From positions 1,612,001 through 1,676,000 of the forward strand of contig MU058687.1 of NCBI GenBank assembly GCA_013265495.1: a stretch of 64,000 bases of DNA, in the 5' to 3' direction. Every line of letters begins with the position of its first letter. The first letter of the stretch is position 1. The notes beneath the pieces were generated by a model, which had not been told where the DNA came from, ran no database searches, and was given only the letters and a program-made list of their open reading frames with translations. The translations under genes and the position numbers were made by a program. The DNA is from Vicugna vicugna. Lineage: Eukaryota. Positions 36,802-50,042 of the stretch are shown one piece after another.

Positions 36802-37479
36802 GTAAGATGCAGATGTGTCCAGGAGTGTACCGGAACCGGAAATGTGGGACAGAGACCTGCTATGTCTGTTTGTCTTACTGTGTCCAAATCCCACATGCAT
36901 GTGTTTGTGTAGGGTCTACCAGTAAAGCCAGCTGTGACTCATGGCCTTTGCCTGGTCTGTAAAGTTTACCTAGAAAACCGTTCCTTCCCATGTCAGGTTG
37001 TCTGACAAAACGCCCACTGATCCTCTGAGTCTCATGTCAGTGTGACTGCTGTGGAGCAGTGTTAGGTGACCTTTCCTGTTTTATTGTGTGTTCCTGGTAC
37101 ATGTTCACACTTACCATTAAAAAAAAAAATCACTTCTAGGTCTGTCTTCCCATGAGACTCTGAGCTCCCAGAGAGTGGGGACTTACGTCCTTTATAGGTC
37201 CTCAGCAGTGGTCAGGCAGGAGTGGATACTCCTGCAGTTATTGAATGAGTGATTGAATGAATGAATGAATGAATCGTTGGATGTTTACATGAGTCTTGCC
37301 ACCTGAACCACTCCTCAACCAGTCCTCCTTCATCTTATAACATTGCCCCTTTTTTACCTGAATGCAAGACAACTTCCCTCTTTCATTTCATTTTCCTGGC
37401 TTTCGGTAAGATAAATTTCAATATTTACGGGGGTGTATTGGGTTGCCTTTCCAGCATGGTATTGCTGCATTTTCGTTCT

Positions 37480-37730
37480 AAGCTCTAATGAGAATGTTGG
37501 ACCAGACAGAGGTGAGGACAGAGCCTCAGGCTCTGCATTAAAGAAGGTCTTTTCAGTTCCACCCAACTCTACTGCTGTCCAGCCTACACTGGACCACTTA
37601 ACCCACAAGTTCATTTGATGAAGATCAGGATGAAGCCCTGGTGTATCATGCTCAGTAACCATAAGAAAAAAATAAGTAAGATTGGCTTGACATGATTTAT
37701 TCTTAGTGAAACCCCAGCTGGCTATAGCCT
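37480..37730 (-). mobile_element. CR1/L3 LINE reverse-transcriptase relic
   Basis: Minus-strand peptide WGFTKNKSCQANLTYFF resembles CR1 RT QHGFTKNRSCQTNLISFF. Confidence 0.7.
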
Positions 37731-38929
37731 CAGGTTTTCCCCTAGGCTCCCAAACTGTGTGTTTTATTACAACAATAGCATTTACTATGTGCCACGACTT
37801 TTCATACATGATTTTATTTAACTCCTACCACACCTGTGTGAGGTAAGTACCATAATTTTCCCCAATTAACAGATGAGGAAAGAGAAACTCAGAGAGATTA
37901 GGTAAGTAGTTCAAGAACACACAGCTTTTAAGAGGCAGAGCCAGGGTTCAAAACAGGTTTGTCTAACTCCAAAGCCTCCACTCTTAATACCTGATTCATG
38001 ATTGCTTACACTGCTTCCTTGAATTGTGCCAACATTTTATTTTAGGCTTATCAGTGCCCTTACGTGAATAAAAGTGGTTATCTGCTAAGGCTTTAGATAA
38101 AAGGTGATATCCTCCACAGAGAGGCATGCCTGTTTCTCAGGCATGCGCACAAGCTAGGTGACCTCTCACCTGGAGTAGCCCCAGCTAACCACATTAGGCT
38201 TTAAGGTCTCTGGTCTGCATTTCTCCCTCTCTCCAGCTTCTTAGTTCTGAGTATGTCTCTGTATTCATCCCCAAAACAAAGTTTCTAATAGTTAGGATGT
38301 CCAGCTAAAGATGTCAGGAGCTGCTCTCTGTGGGAGGTATTCAAGTGTAGATGGAACCAACCACTTCGTGGGGATAGTGTGGCAAATATCAGGCTATAGA
38401 TGGATAGTGAAACCTGCTGCCTTTTGGGTTCCCTTCCAGACTCAGGATTCCATGCGTCTATGAACTTTCACTTTTCCCTAGACTGAAACATCTTGAGTGC
38501 ATTGATCTTTGAACACTTTAAACCTTATTGCAAATGGGTATTTGAAGCCTAACTTGGAATTCTAGGGTGGATGAGTGCTTAATAAATATTTTCTGTGAAT
38601 GAGAATGGTGATGGTGGTGACAACAGGGCAAGGGTCTCATTCCAGAGGCTGTGGTCTCATTCAGTGCTGGAGGCTGTTGATGGCAAGGTCAGGTCACTGA
38701 CCCATGAAAATGGAATAAGAACAAAATGTACCAGGGACAGTGCCGGTCCTGGTCTCTGAGAGCTCAGCTCTGGGTCATGCTGTGGACATAAAGCAACTCC
38801 TCCTCTTTTGTATGGCTAGTTGCTTTTATGGTCTTCAGTCTGGCAGAGTGGTGCTAATCTTACTGTGCATCTGGATAGCCCTCCTTACCTATTTGGTTAA
38901 GTGATAACACAGGAAGTGAGTAAGGTAGT

Positions 38930-40390
38930 GCTGGAATGGTGGAGTTAGAACCTTAGATAATCTGTTCGTCCATGAAAACGAAAAGAACACTGGCAGACAT
39001 TGTCAAAATGAATTATATCAGAATTCTTAACCAAAGGCTTGTAACAATCTAAGGGACATCTATTCAAGACAAATGGCTAAATCATGCTAAAACAGTGAGC
39101 TTTGTGTTTTAACTTGCCCTGTTCTGATCCCCTTCTTCCAGACTCTGTGGTAGCCTTGAAAACCAGCAGCCTCCCAGACACGGTAGCTTTGAAAACTAGC
39201 AGCCTCATAGCCACAGGACGGGGCCAAACAATTTTGGAGCTCTCGCAAAAGTTCCACTTAAGCTATGTGGCAGGGCCCTAGAAAGGCCCCATTCAGAGGA
39301 CTTGCCTATATTTGACCTGACTCAACTTTTTCAGTGGGAAAACCGTATCCCCAGGGCATTTGATGAAAACAATCACTGTTTAACATCACAGCTGCCTGAG
39401 GTAGGAATACCTCAGTTGGGGTAAACGAGAGTCAGGCCAAAGATCTTGAAAGGAAAATCTAGAGAATGAGATGTCCTTGGGGCTTCAAAAACTCTGACAT
39501 ATTTTTCTAGGCATTCACATACACATACAGAGTTGAACTCATGCCCAGAAAAGACCTGAAAAAGCCATGAAGTGTCACCTCTGGCTGAACTTGAGGCTTT
39601 ATGCAAGCAGGAATTGAAAGCTAAGGCAGAGTTGTCACCTGCCTGCTGGAACATTGCAGACGAGTCCCAACACACACATCGAGGTCTTCGGCAAAGGTGG
39701 GAGACTTACTGCCTTAAGGTATTCAAGGAAATCTCTGTCCAATCATTAGCTCACCACTAAGCTAATAGAGCAGAAACTTAAGTGGCTACACATGACAAAA
39801 AATACAAACTTCACAAAATGAGTCTAGGAAAGTCATTAAACAAACAGCAGCAATAGCAACAAATCCTGGGGAGAGAGGAGAATCTCGTTTCCAGAGCTGA
39901 CGTGGTATTTATAATGTCCAGTTTCAACAAAGAAAATGTGAGACATGCAAAGAAACAGGACAGCAGGTCTCATATACAGAAACTAGTCCTGAGGAAGCCC
40001 AGATGTTGGACATAATAGACAAAGATTGTAATTCACCCTCTTAAAAATATATTCAAAGAACTGAAGGAAACCATCGTAAAGAACTACAGAAAAGTAGAGA
40101 ATGTCTCTCCAAATAGAGGATATCAAGAAAGACAGAAATAAAAAAGAACCAAATAGAAATTCTGGAGTTGAATATGCAATAATTGAAACGGAAAACTCAC
40201 TAAAGGCTCGACATTAGATCTAAGCTGGCAGAAGAAGGAATCAGTGAACTTGAAGGTGGGTCAAATACAATGATCCTGTTTAAGGAACAGAAAGGAAAAA
40301 GAAGGAAGATAAAGAAGCAGAGCCTCAGAGCCATGTGGGAAACCATCAAGCATACCAATGTATCCACAACCCAGGTCCCAGAAGGTGGGG
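38930..40390 (+). mobile_element. Ancient LINE-1 5' region / ORF1 relic
   Basis: atattcaaagaactgaaggaaacc...aagaaccaaatagaaattctggagttgaa...gcagaagaaggaatcagtgaacttgaag, typical of L1M ORF1; boundaries approximate. Confidence 0.7.
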
Positions 40391-41937
40391 GGAGAGAGAC
40401 AGGGTTGGGAGTAGACTGTCATTACATTGAGATGATACTGAAGTAGAAAAACAATTCGCTTCTGAGCGTCTGGAAGCAGTTGACTCTGTTGTGTGTAGGT
40501 AGAATTTATTCACATTTTTCTCAAAGGCCTGAGATGACCCCAGGGAGAGAGTTAAACTAATCTGTTGGTACATGTTTCGTTAGAGTCACAAGGAGCCTTA
40601 TTTTCACGGTATAGCATTGGACTTGGTGATAGGGTTCTTTGCCAACAGGGAAATGATTCTCAGGTTTAATCACAGATTTGAAAAAAAAAATGTTACTGAG
40701 CCATTACTGTGTGCCAAGCACCATGTGAAGCGCGTTACATGCATTATCTCACTTAATCTTCAAAAGGAACCCATGACATAGGTGCTTAACTGCTCCATTT
40801 TATACCTGAGGAAACTGAGGCTCTGATTTAGTTCCTTGCCCATACTTGGACAGCTAGCAAGTAACGGAGCTTAGATATAAACTTCTGTCTGTCTGATGCC
40901 AAAGCTCATCTTCCTAACCATTGCACCATTTTCCCTCCTTGTGCAGGAGCCTCCTGGAGACAGAGCCATGGGTCTGTTTTCAGCCCCCCTTGCCTGAGTG
41001 GCCTCTGGGTCTGTCTGGCGGTGGTGGGGTGGGAGAGTCCTTCCTCAGACTCAGTCTTCCAGACCAGTTGCCTGGGGCTTGCTTTCTTCTAAGAAGATGA
41101 TCTAGAGTTCTAGGTGTAGGAAGCAGGACCAGCCATGGTGATAAGGGGGTCTCAGCCTTAGCCTGTCTCTCTAAGGTTTACAAGTCATGGGAAGACAGTG
41201 TTTGGCATTCAGTCCACCTGAGGATTCCTGCTCTCCTCTCCCACTATCTTTGCTGCAAATTAAAAATACACACAAAACATAAACCCCACTACAGATTCAG
41301 CTAAATGCTTTGGAACCTCCCAGAATTCCCTCCAACCTCCCTGAAGTTTCAGGTTGAGCTTTGAAGAGGGAAATGGGCCACACTTTATATATACACATAT
41401 AACCATAATATATATATACATTATCTAGTACACGTGATATTCATATTTTCCTCTGAATTGTGAACACTTAAGAGCATGTGGTTAGAAACTGAGCGGTTGG
41501 TAGCGTTTCAGGGACGCATTTGCTGGATGTGGGGGGCATGTCGTGGAGTAAGAGCCTTGACTGCTGGACCAGTGAGTTCAGAGTTAGCATATAAGGAGCA
41601 CGAGGTCTGAGTTTTATTGTCAGCTCTGCTACTTACTGCATGTACCACCTTCACCCATCCTGTGCTCATCCTTTCTCTCTCTAGTTACTTCAGAAGGGAG
41701 TAATAACATTTGCTTTCCATTGGAGTGCCCTGAATAGAAATGAGCATTTTAAAGTAATTATGAATCAAAATACTGCACGTATCCACATTGCTGTTGTGTT
41801 GGTAAACTTGCCCACTCTCTACTTTTTTTTTTTTTTTTGGTCTGAACTAGATTTTGCCGAGTAGGCAGAAGCTCTTGTGCAGTTGGTGGGATGTTCAATA
41901 TTGTGCTGGTAGTGACCTTCCAAGTGCTTCTCCGAGC

Positions 41938-41950
41938 TGCTGAGTCAGCC
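41938..41950. promoter_or_regulatory. T-MARE / ARE-like motif in intron 3
   Basis: TGCTGAGTCAGCC, 12/13 match to T-MARE TGCTGAGTCAGCA. Confidence 0.45.
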
Positions 41951-42037
41951 GCCCGAGGTGCCGGAGACAGTAAAGGCTTTGGAGGAATTCCAGGGTTGCT
42001 GCCTCTTCCTTCTGGGCTCTGGCCACACTCTTAGAGA

Positions 42038-42230
42038 TAGGTTTGAGGGTTAAAATAAGGGCCATCCAGCTAAACTGGAATTTCAGATACACAACAATTT
42101 CTTTTTTAGTATAAAAATGTCTCACGAAATATTTGGGGGCATATTTACGCTAAAAAAGCATTTGTTTATCTGAAATTCAGATTTCAGCGGGTGTGCTGTT
42201 TCTGTTTGTTTCCTAAATCTCGCTGCCCAG
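42038..42230. mobile_element. MER53-like palindromic MITE
   Basis: Inverted arms gaatttcagatacacaa (42078-42094) and ttgtttatctgaaattc (42162-42178). Confidence 0.8.
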
Positions 42231-45200
42231 TTCAGAGGGGAGGGGGCGCAGAGGTAGGGCATGCGCCTGATGTTGCTGAAATATCACGGGGACGAGAAAC
42301 TGCCTCCTCCTCCAGTAAAATGCCCTCCCTCCTCCAGGTCTGCCAGAGCACGAAGACACAGGGCTGGACCAGATTCTTCTGCCAGGGCGAGCCTACCAGA
42401 GTCTGGGGAAGGGCAGGCTCTGTGCTGCGTATCAGCCCTGAAGGTGGGGTGGGGGGAAGTATGAACCTGTTATCTCCGGGCCTTGCTGTCCCATGGCTTC
42501 CTCTAATGTCTTTTCATCGATGGTTAACAACTGCCCTGCTAAAGGAGTTGTTGAAGGACTTCTCTTCTGGCGGGTGTCCTCATAAGGAACACTTTTCCAA
42601 GTCCCCCCCCCAGCCTCTCCCCCAGCTGTGCTTCTGAATAGTTTGTGCAGTGTCGGGCATCACCCTTCCTCGCGGCATTCAAGGGCTCTACAAGGGCCTC
42701 GGGAGGGGCTTTGTGCCCCCTCTGAGATCCTGGCTTAAGGGTGAATATAAAATCCTTCCAGGATTTCCTGGAGCTTTGCTGAGGTCAGGCTGGCCCTAAA
42801 ACAAGCGTTTACTACAGGTTCAGGAAGGAATGAAAGGAAGTGAACACAGAGTAGCTGGAACCCAGAGACAGGACCTGGGATCGGTGCTTTCCAGTTGGCC
42901 TGATGGTAGAACCCCCTGCGGTGCTGGGAGCACGTGCGCCTAGTTTTCCCTCCCTCTCTTCTGGAAATTCACACTCAGACAGTCTGGGTCCTCAGGGCCT
43001 GGGAATCTGCTTTTAACAAGCATTCCAGGTGATTCTGGTTTGCAGCAGGATTGAGAACCAGGGTCTTGAAGCCTCTTCCCGTCCCAGCTGCCTCCAGCTT
43101 GCCCCGAGCATCTGAGAGCCTGGGCCTTGTCTTTGATCTTCCTTATTCCCAAGGCCATTTGTTCCCAAACTCCAGTGAGTTTAAGAAATGCGCGGGTTTT
43201 TTGTGGTGGTGGTATTGCTAAGTGCAGATTTCTAGCCCCATTCCAGGAGAGTTGGTTTTAGTGGGTGCGGGTAGAGCCCAGGAATCTGCATTTTTAAGCT
43301 CTAAGTCCTTCTAATGCCAGTGGTCTCTGGACCACGGTTTGAAAAAATGCTCTTAACAAGGAGAGAAGCACAGAGTGATGACGAGTCCCTTCCGCCTCCC
43401 TAAAGGCCAGCTCCTCAGTGACCTGCACTTCTCCTGGTGACTGATACCGGGAATGACCAGTCCTGTCCAGGGCGATCGCATTCCTCCCAGGAATATGGCC
43501 CTGACCTGGCCGGCTTATCTTGCTGGGGATAATCATGCCTGAATTCACAGTCACGTGCATTGCTGTAACAGGTTCTCGCACACAGGGCAGAGCACGCACC
43601 TCATTCCTGCCCTTGAGCATGGATGCCGGACCCCTTGGTTTGGGCTGTGGAGTGGACTTGTGTGGTTTCGCCCTGTGGCGACCTTTGACAATATGGGGAA
43701 TGACTGGTGCAGAAACCATACACAAGTTCCTAATTCCTCTAGGGTTGGACTGTAGCAAGAATGGGAAAGAATGTCAGCCTTCCAGGGTGAACCCTTCCTC
43801 ATCTCCATCCCCACCTCCTCCCATCCCTGCCTCAGCCCTGATTCCGCCTCCTGCTGGCTGAGTGCAGGAGACAGGGGATGGCTATTAGTAAACCACTCTT
43901 GTCTAGCTGAGGGAGTGGGTCTCTAACCCAAGCACTGTCAGAATTACCTGGAAGGCTTGTTCAGATAAGACTGCCTGCCAGCCCCACTCCCAGTTTCAAT
44001 AACCAGAGATCTGGGGTGGAGTCAATAATTTGCATTTCTAACAAGCTCTCAGGTGGTGCTGGTCTGGAACTGATTTCCCTAAACCTTTGAGCCCCAGGAA
44101 GCTGTTCAGCTTCAGTAGCTCAGATCAGCGTGCTCAGGACAGTTTCTCTCTGCCCTTCTCAGGGTCAGGAACATGCTGGTGTTTGAAGTGAGTTGTTTTT
44201 TTTTTTCCCCAGTCCTCTAGGATAATTTCTGTCTGGATTCTGCCTTCCTTGTTCATCCCAGTTGGGCCCAATCCGAGAGCAGCCAGCCCATCTGAAGCTG
44301 AGCTTGATTCTGAGTGTGCCCTGCCCATCCCTCCCACTCCCGTCCTCCTCTCCCCAGCTCACCCTCTCCCAGCCCTGTTAGTCTAGGACCAGAGCCTGGG
44401 CGTGGCTGAGGGGCAGGAAGGGGGGCTGGTTTCATCCTTCTCCTTGTCCACCCTCTCCCCACCCCCCTTTCCAGGAATGTGTCTCCTTGTGGGCTCTCTT
44501 GACTCAGGAATGGAATTTCCAAGTGGCTGGGTGTGCGGTATGAAGGTTAGTGGGGTGTGCTTGTTCAGTAAGATGTTGCCAAGAGCCTCAGAGTCCTCCT
44601 GGGTTTGCTTGACCCCTGTGGCCCTGTACCTCTCAGGAGGTGGCATTGAGCCCAGCCTTGTTGTATCCCTGAGGTGACCTGCTGGGAGAGGCTGGGGTTT
44701 GACAGGGCCAGGACCAGAGCTGGGGAAGCTGTTGAGGGTCAGTTTTGTGAGGATGTGAAATAGAGTGATTAGGACGGAGGAGTCTGAAGCTCTGCAGTCT
44801 GGGTTAAAATGCAGCCCTGCCTCGTGCTACCCCATGTAACTGTGGGGATGGCAAACCCAACTTCCTCCCCCATTTTGCAGGAGAATTTGACCTTGGCTTA
44901 ACTTTGTGTCTCATTCCTCTGGGAACCTCATAAAGGGAGTAAGTCAACTGCCTTTAGGCAACATTGCTTCTGATAAACACGACCTGTTGTGATAAAAATG
45001 ACTGCAAGTGGACTGGGAGATCTTCTCACACCTGGTGGGAAGCTGTTCTTTGTGCTTCTCTGAGCACAGTGACTCTTCTCACTGGCCTGCCCTTTCTGGC
45101 GATGATGCCAGCTATGATGTGGATGAGTTATAAGCAACAGTGGCTCCTGCAAGGGGTTAAGCCAGGGTGGGTGCCACACCTACCTTTCCCTGCACTGGGG

Positions 45201-45552
45201 CATGTGGGGAGAGAATAGATTCTGGATGGCTTGATGGACCGAGGTTCTGTGGACTGGTTCCACTGAGGAGGAACTCCCGAGGCTGCCCTGCCTGGGAACC
45301 GTGTCCTGTCTTACCCCCTCTAAGTGGACCTGATGCCAGGTGTATCAGTGGTAGTCATGTGAGCCTCAAAATTAGGTAAGATTGAAAAGATCCCTGGCGG
45401 ACCTCACGGAGTGATCTCTGTATTTATTTTTAACTCTGCGTGCATTTTTCTCTTCTATAAAATGGGGATGATAATGTTACCTACTTCTCTAGGGTTGTTA
45501 TGAGGATTATAAGATGTTTAGAAAAGTGTCTAGAACATAAGTATGTGCTGCT

Positions 45553-45608
45553 ACCATCATCACCATCATCCTCATCACCACCACCATCATCATCATCCCC
45601 ATCACCAC
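45553..45608 (+). repeat. Imperfect (CAT/CAC)n microsatellite at a MIR tail
   Basis: accatcatcaccatcatcctcatcaccaccaccatcatcatcatccccatcaccac. Confidence 0.85.
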
Positions 45609-46282
45609 TGTTACTGTGCAGGGAGGACAGGAAGCCCTTCTACTTTGCATCCATTTCAGTCTCGTCTTTGTTACTAGGTCACTGTATGGCTTTGGACAAA
45701 TGGCCTCATTTTCTAATGACACAGATTCTTAAAGTATATTTTAGGTGCTTCATTTATGTGTTGGATGAAATCAGTGAACTAGGAGAGTCAAATCAATGCT
45801 CTTTAGGATCCATTCTGGTTTCAAGTCTAAGATTTTTTGTGATACTGAGAAGAAAGCTGAAAGAAGGACAGGGAAAGAGGTGAGAAACCCCCTGCAGAAG
45901 GAATGGTGTCAGGGGTTTGGAGCATTCGGGAGATGGGACAGGTGATCAGGAGGAAGCGAAAGGTGTCCAGTAGTTCACTGACCCCTTAGGTCAGGCCAGC
46001 TTTTAAGAGGGATGTACGGTTTTGACCTGGGGAGAAATACTTTCTGGTGCCTGTGTTTCCAGGACAGGGCTGAAGGGATCAGAGGGCAATGATGTTTGGC
46101 TAAGAAGAGGTTAAAATGGTTTCTTTTGGTTGTTTTGGAGTATTTCTTCTTCTTGGAGGGCACCACTCCCAGTAGCAATGAGGATGAGGGTTTCTGACCT
46201 CCCTCACCGCTGCGGGGAGAAGTCAGCAGTGGCCCCAGCAGAAGAATGACCCTAATATTGTGTTTCTCCCTCCCTCCTTCAG

Positions 46283-46350
46283 GTCTGAATGCTGGTGCTT
46301 TTTATGCCTTGTCCACTCTGCTGAATCGCATGGTGATCTTGCACTACCCG
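46283..46350 (+). CDS. FLVCR2: FLVCR2 exon 4 (68 nt)
   Basis: ccctccttcag|[28 protein letters not shown]|gtaagg. Confidence 0.97.
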
Positions 46351-47564
46351 GTAAGGGCGGTCCCTAAGCTTGCTGCGCCCGGAAAGAATGAGGTCTCTGA
46401 GTCTGTCTGGGCAGGAGCTGGGGTGTCAGTGGCTGACTCCTGGTTTCCTGAGATCTAGGCAGTGTGGTGTGGTATTCTGCTGTGGGATTTGGAGAGAGGC
46501 GGCCCTGGATCTCAGTCCCAGGGCTGGTGGTCCTCAGCTGTGTGATAAGCTGGTTAGCATCTGAGCTCTATTCTCTCTTCTACAAAAGAAGCCTAATTAC
46601 TTATTGAAAGATTAATTTTAGAATTAGAAGGTAGATTAGAAGGTTTATGTTTGTAAAGAATATAACATAGTGCCTGGTGACACAGTAGGTAAACAAGTAC
46701 ACATATAAGATCACAGATGAAATATTTAATTTGTGAAATGTGGGCAAGGTTTAATTTTAAAGTCTTAGTTGCTCAGCAAAAAGCATGTTTCAAATGTTTC
46801 CAGGACCAATAAGGGCTGGATACTGGGAATGGGACACTGAATATCCTGGAGTTGAGAACCCAGGTCCACCTCTCTTTTTAAAGGTCAAGGATCTCATGTC
46901 TGTGGAAGTAGTGGGTCACCATGGCTGAATGTGCCAGTGTTGGAGTTTGACAGGTCTGAGTTCAAGCCCTGCCTGTGCACTTAATAAAGGCCTCATGGCC
47001 TTGGGCTAGTAGGTTAATCTCACCGTGCCTCAGTTTCTTCATCTGTAAAATGGGGAATGTTGATTCCTAGCCTTATGGTGGGGAATTAGGAGAATTAAAT
47101 GAGATGATGATGAAAAATCTTCAGCATGGTGTCTGGCTCCTAAAAATGCTCAAAAATATATAACTATTATCTTTCTATCCCTTCAGCACTGAAAGCTCAA
47201 AAAATACCTGTGTTTGGATATGTGTATTTCAGTTTCCACATCTGTGAAATGATAATCATCATAAACTGAAGGGTGGCTATAAGGATTAAATTTTTATAGA
47301 TCCATCTAAAAGTAGTTCTAAGGACAGAACTTGGTTCACCCCAGCACCCAGTATCAAGCACATACATACAGGGTCATATTATGTTGGGAGAAGCAATTAT
47401 GCTAGGATTCTCTTCCCACTGGCAGCTTCTCACAGGCCATCTGGCCCTGATGCTTTCTGAGAATTGGCTCTAATGGAGCCCGAATTTCTTGCCTTTCCCC
47501 CTTGCCTCGGGAGACTTTGTTCTATCCAGTGTCCTGTCCCATCTTTGGGCTGTGGTTTTCGCAG

Positions 47565-47668
47565 GGGGAAGAAGTGAATGCTGGGAGAATCGGCCTGACC
47601 ATCGTCATTGCAGGGATGCTTGGGGCTGTGATCTCAGGCATCTGGCTGGATAGGACCAAAACCTACAA
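47565..47668 (+). CDS. FLVCR2: FLVCR2 exon 5 (104 nt)
   Basis: ttttcgcag|[37 protein letters not shown](K); AA|gtaagt. Confidence 0.97.
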
Positions 47669-48705
47669 GTAAGTGACTCTTCCTCTTGGATTGAGAATTG
47701 GCGACCCATGTTTGAAAATGACATGTTCATTAGCAACCTAGATCCAAAGATGTGGGTATGACAGCTAGGGGTCTAAGTGGTCAAGCAAGCAGTTCAAATA
47801 CATCTTCTCTGAGGCTCAGTTTCCCCATTTATAAAATGAGGGAAAGAGTGCCTGCCCTGTGGGAATTGTAGGAAGATAGAGATAGAGGACCTGAGGCTTA
47901 TCAGAGTAGCGTCCCCCGAGTAGCTTGTGGAAGGAGCAGAGGAAGGAGAAATGAAAATAAACGTGGAGAAGCATCAGCAGGTGGAAAGTGTGGAAACCCT
48001 GAAGAGTGGGGATGAGGAGGTGATTCCACTGCCCGTTCCCATGGCTTCCTCGTGGGCCCCGTGGGGTTAGCCAAGGTCTCTGTGCTTCCTCCAGTGCACA
48101 CTGTACTGTCTTGTGGTTGCTTACACCTCGTTGGTAAATATTGTGGGATGCTTTGGGCCTGATTGCCCTGTGCATTTCTAAGAGCCACTGAGATTTTAGT
48201 GGATGCCAGGCTAATCCAGGACACCTACTAAAAATACAGATTCCTGAGCCCCACCCTCCTGCATACCAGTTCAGTAGGAGACTCTGCATTTGTAAAAAGC
48301 AACCCAGGTGCCTCAATTCAGTAGCCAGCCTGCAGCAAATGCTCTGGAGGACAGAGACCCAACTGTTGCGTCTTTCCTGTGTTCTGCATGCACTGGGTGC
48401 TCAATTAATGCTGGCCTGTAGGGCAGCTGCTGCCAGGCTTGTCCTGCCCTGGGGCAGAGCAACATTCCGGGTTGCTTTGTCAACGCCTCCAAAGTTCCTA
48501 GTGTCTGGAGGCGACAGACAGTGGCAGACCTGTTTTCTGCCACACAAACCCGCTCTGTGAGGCTCTGGTCAGACCAGATCTCCCTCTGGCTGCCTTAGTC
48601 AGAGGCCAGCTGAGGCTGTCCCTGCGGGTGTGGCTGCCTGGCTGGACGAGACTTAATTACTGCTGGTGGAGCTGGGCTGCCGGCTTGTCTCTGCCATGTG
48701 TCAGT

Positions 48706-48719
48706 TGCTGACGTCAGCC
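48706..48719. promoter_or_regulatory. C-MARE / full CRE palindrome in intron 5
   Basis: TGCTGACGTCAGCC, 13/14 match to C-MARE, containing TGACGTCA. Confidence 0.4.
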
Positions 48720-49996
48720 AGACAGCAGGGCAGTAAGGACTGGCCACCCCAAACCAGGGATCAGCAGCGCCCCTTTTTCCAGGGCCTGCTATGTGGCAGG
48801 AGGAGGGAGGGGTTGTTAGCTGGGTGGGGACGTGGGCAGCCGGATGATTCAGATGAACTTGAAAATACAGTGAAAGGGCTGGGAGGTCACTGCAGAGTGT
48901 TGATGTCACCAGTTCCTAGTGTCACTGATGTCAGCATCCTGCAGTCAGCCTGGGACATTCTCCCTCTGATACTTCTTAGGGAGAGGAGGGCTAAGAGAGC
49001 TCTGTCGTCTGGTTAGTTTGGTGCCAGTTCTTTTCTCCCTGAGGCTCCCAGATGTGCCCCATTTGGTTTTGAGGCTGGCTATGGGAGGGTCAGGTCCCTT
49101 TATCTCTGGCTGGGACCACAGGTGGTTTTACTAGTCAGGCCAGTAGTTGAAGAAGCTAAATTTAAACAAATATGGCAAGCAATTAGCTTGTGGGATCAGC
49201 GAGAGTGACAGGTGTCCAGGAAACTGCGTTCTGTGGGTGGGAGGGACCAGATGAGGGGAGCAGGTGGAGGAAGGACGAACTCCTCTACCCTCAGCGGTGG
49301 CTTTGATGCACGAAGAGGGAACGGCGTCCTTTGGAGGCACGTGGCCTTTTCCAAAGATGCAGCCTCATAGCATGTTAGTATTCCTGTGTGCAGGCATAGA
49401 AAGAACATAGGTTTCAAATCCCAGCTCTGCATTTACTCACTGGTGACTCTGGTTAAGTTATTTAACCGGTCTGAGCCCTAGTCTCCTCATTTGTCAAATT
49501 AGGAATAGTTGTACATTTCTTTTCTTTTCTTTTGCCAGTTGCATTGAGCTATAATTGACATTTGGCACTATGTAAGTTTGAGGTACAATGATTTGATTCA
49601 CATACATGATGAAATGATTGTCACAATAAATTAGTGAACATTTGTGACCATGTATAGATATAAAATTAAATAGAAAAAAATTTCATGATGAGAAATCTTA
49701 GGATTTACTCTCTTATCTTTCCTATATAGCACACAGCAGTGTTAATTATGTTCATCATGTTGTACATTGTATCTCTAGTGCTTATTTGTCTGATAACTGA
49801 TGTTTGTGCCTTTGAACTACTTTCATCTGAGTCCCCTTTCCTCCCCACTACCTCCAGTAACCACAAATCTGATCTCTTTTTCTATGAGTTTGCTTTTTTG
49901 TTTTAAGTATTATTGACCTACAACACTATGTTGGTTTCTTTACACAAAATAGTGATTCAATATTTCTATACATTTCAAAATGATCCCCAAGATAAG

Positions 49997-50042
49997 TCTA
50001 GTTACAATCTGTCACCATATCTAGTTACAATCTGTCACCATA
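49997..50042 (+). repeat. Perfect 23-bp tandem duplication inside L1
   Basis: tctagttacaatctgtcaccata x2. Confidence 0.95.

Noticed and set aside
37354..37809. 151-aa minus-strand ORF
   Set aside because: Chance fusion of MIR sequence with a decayed CR1/L3 RT relic; only a short motif is recognisable.
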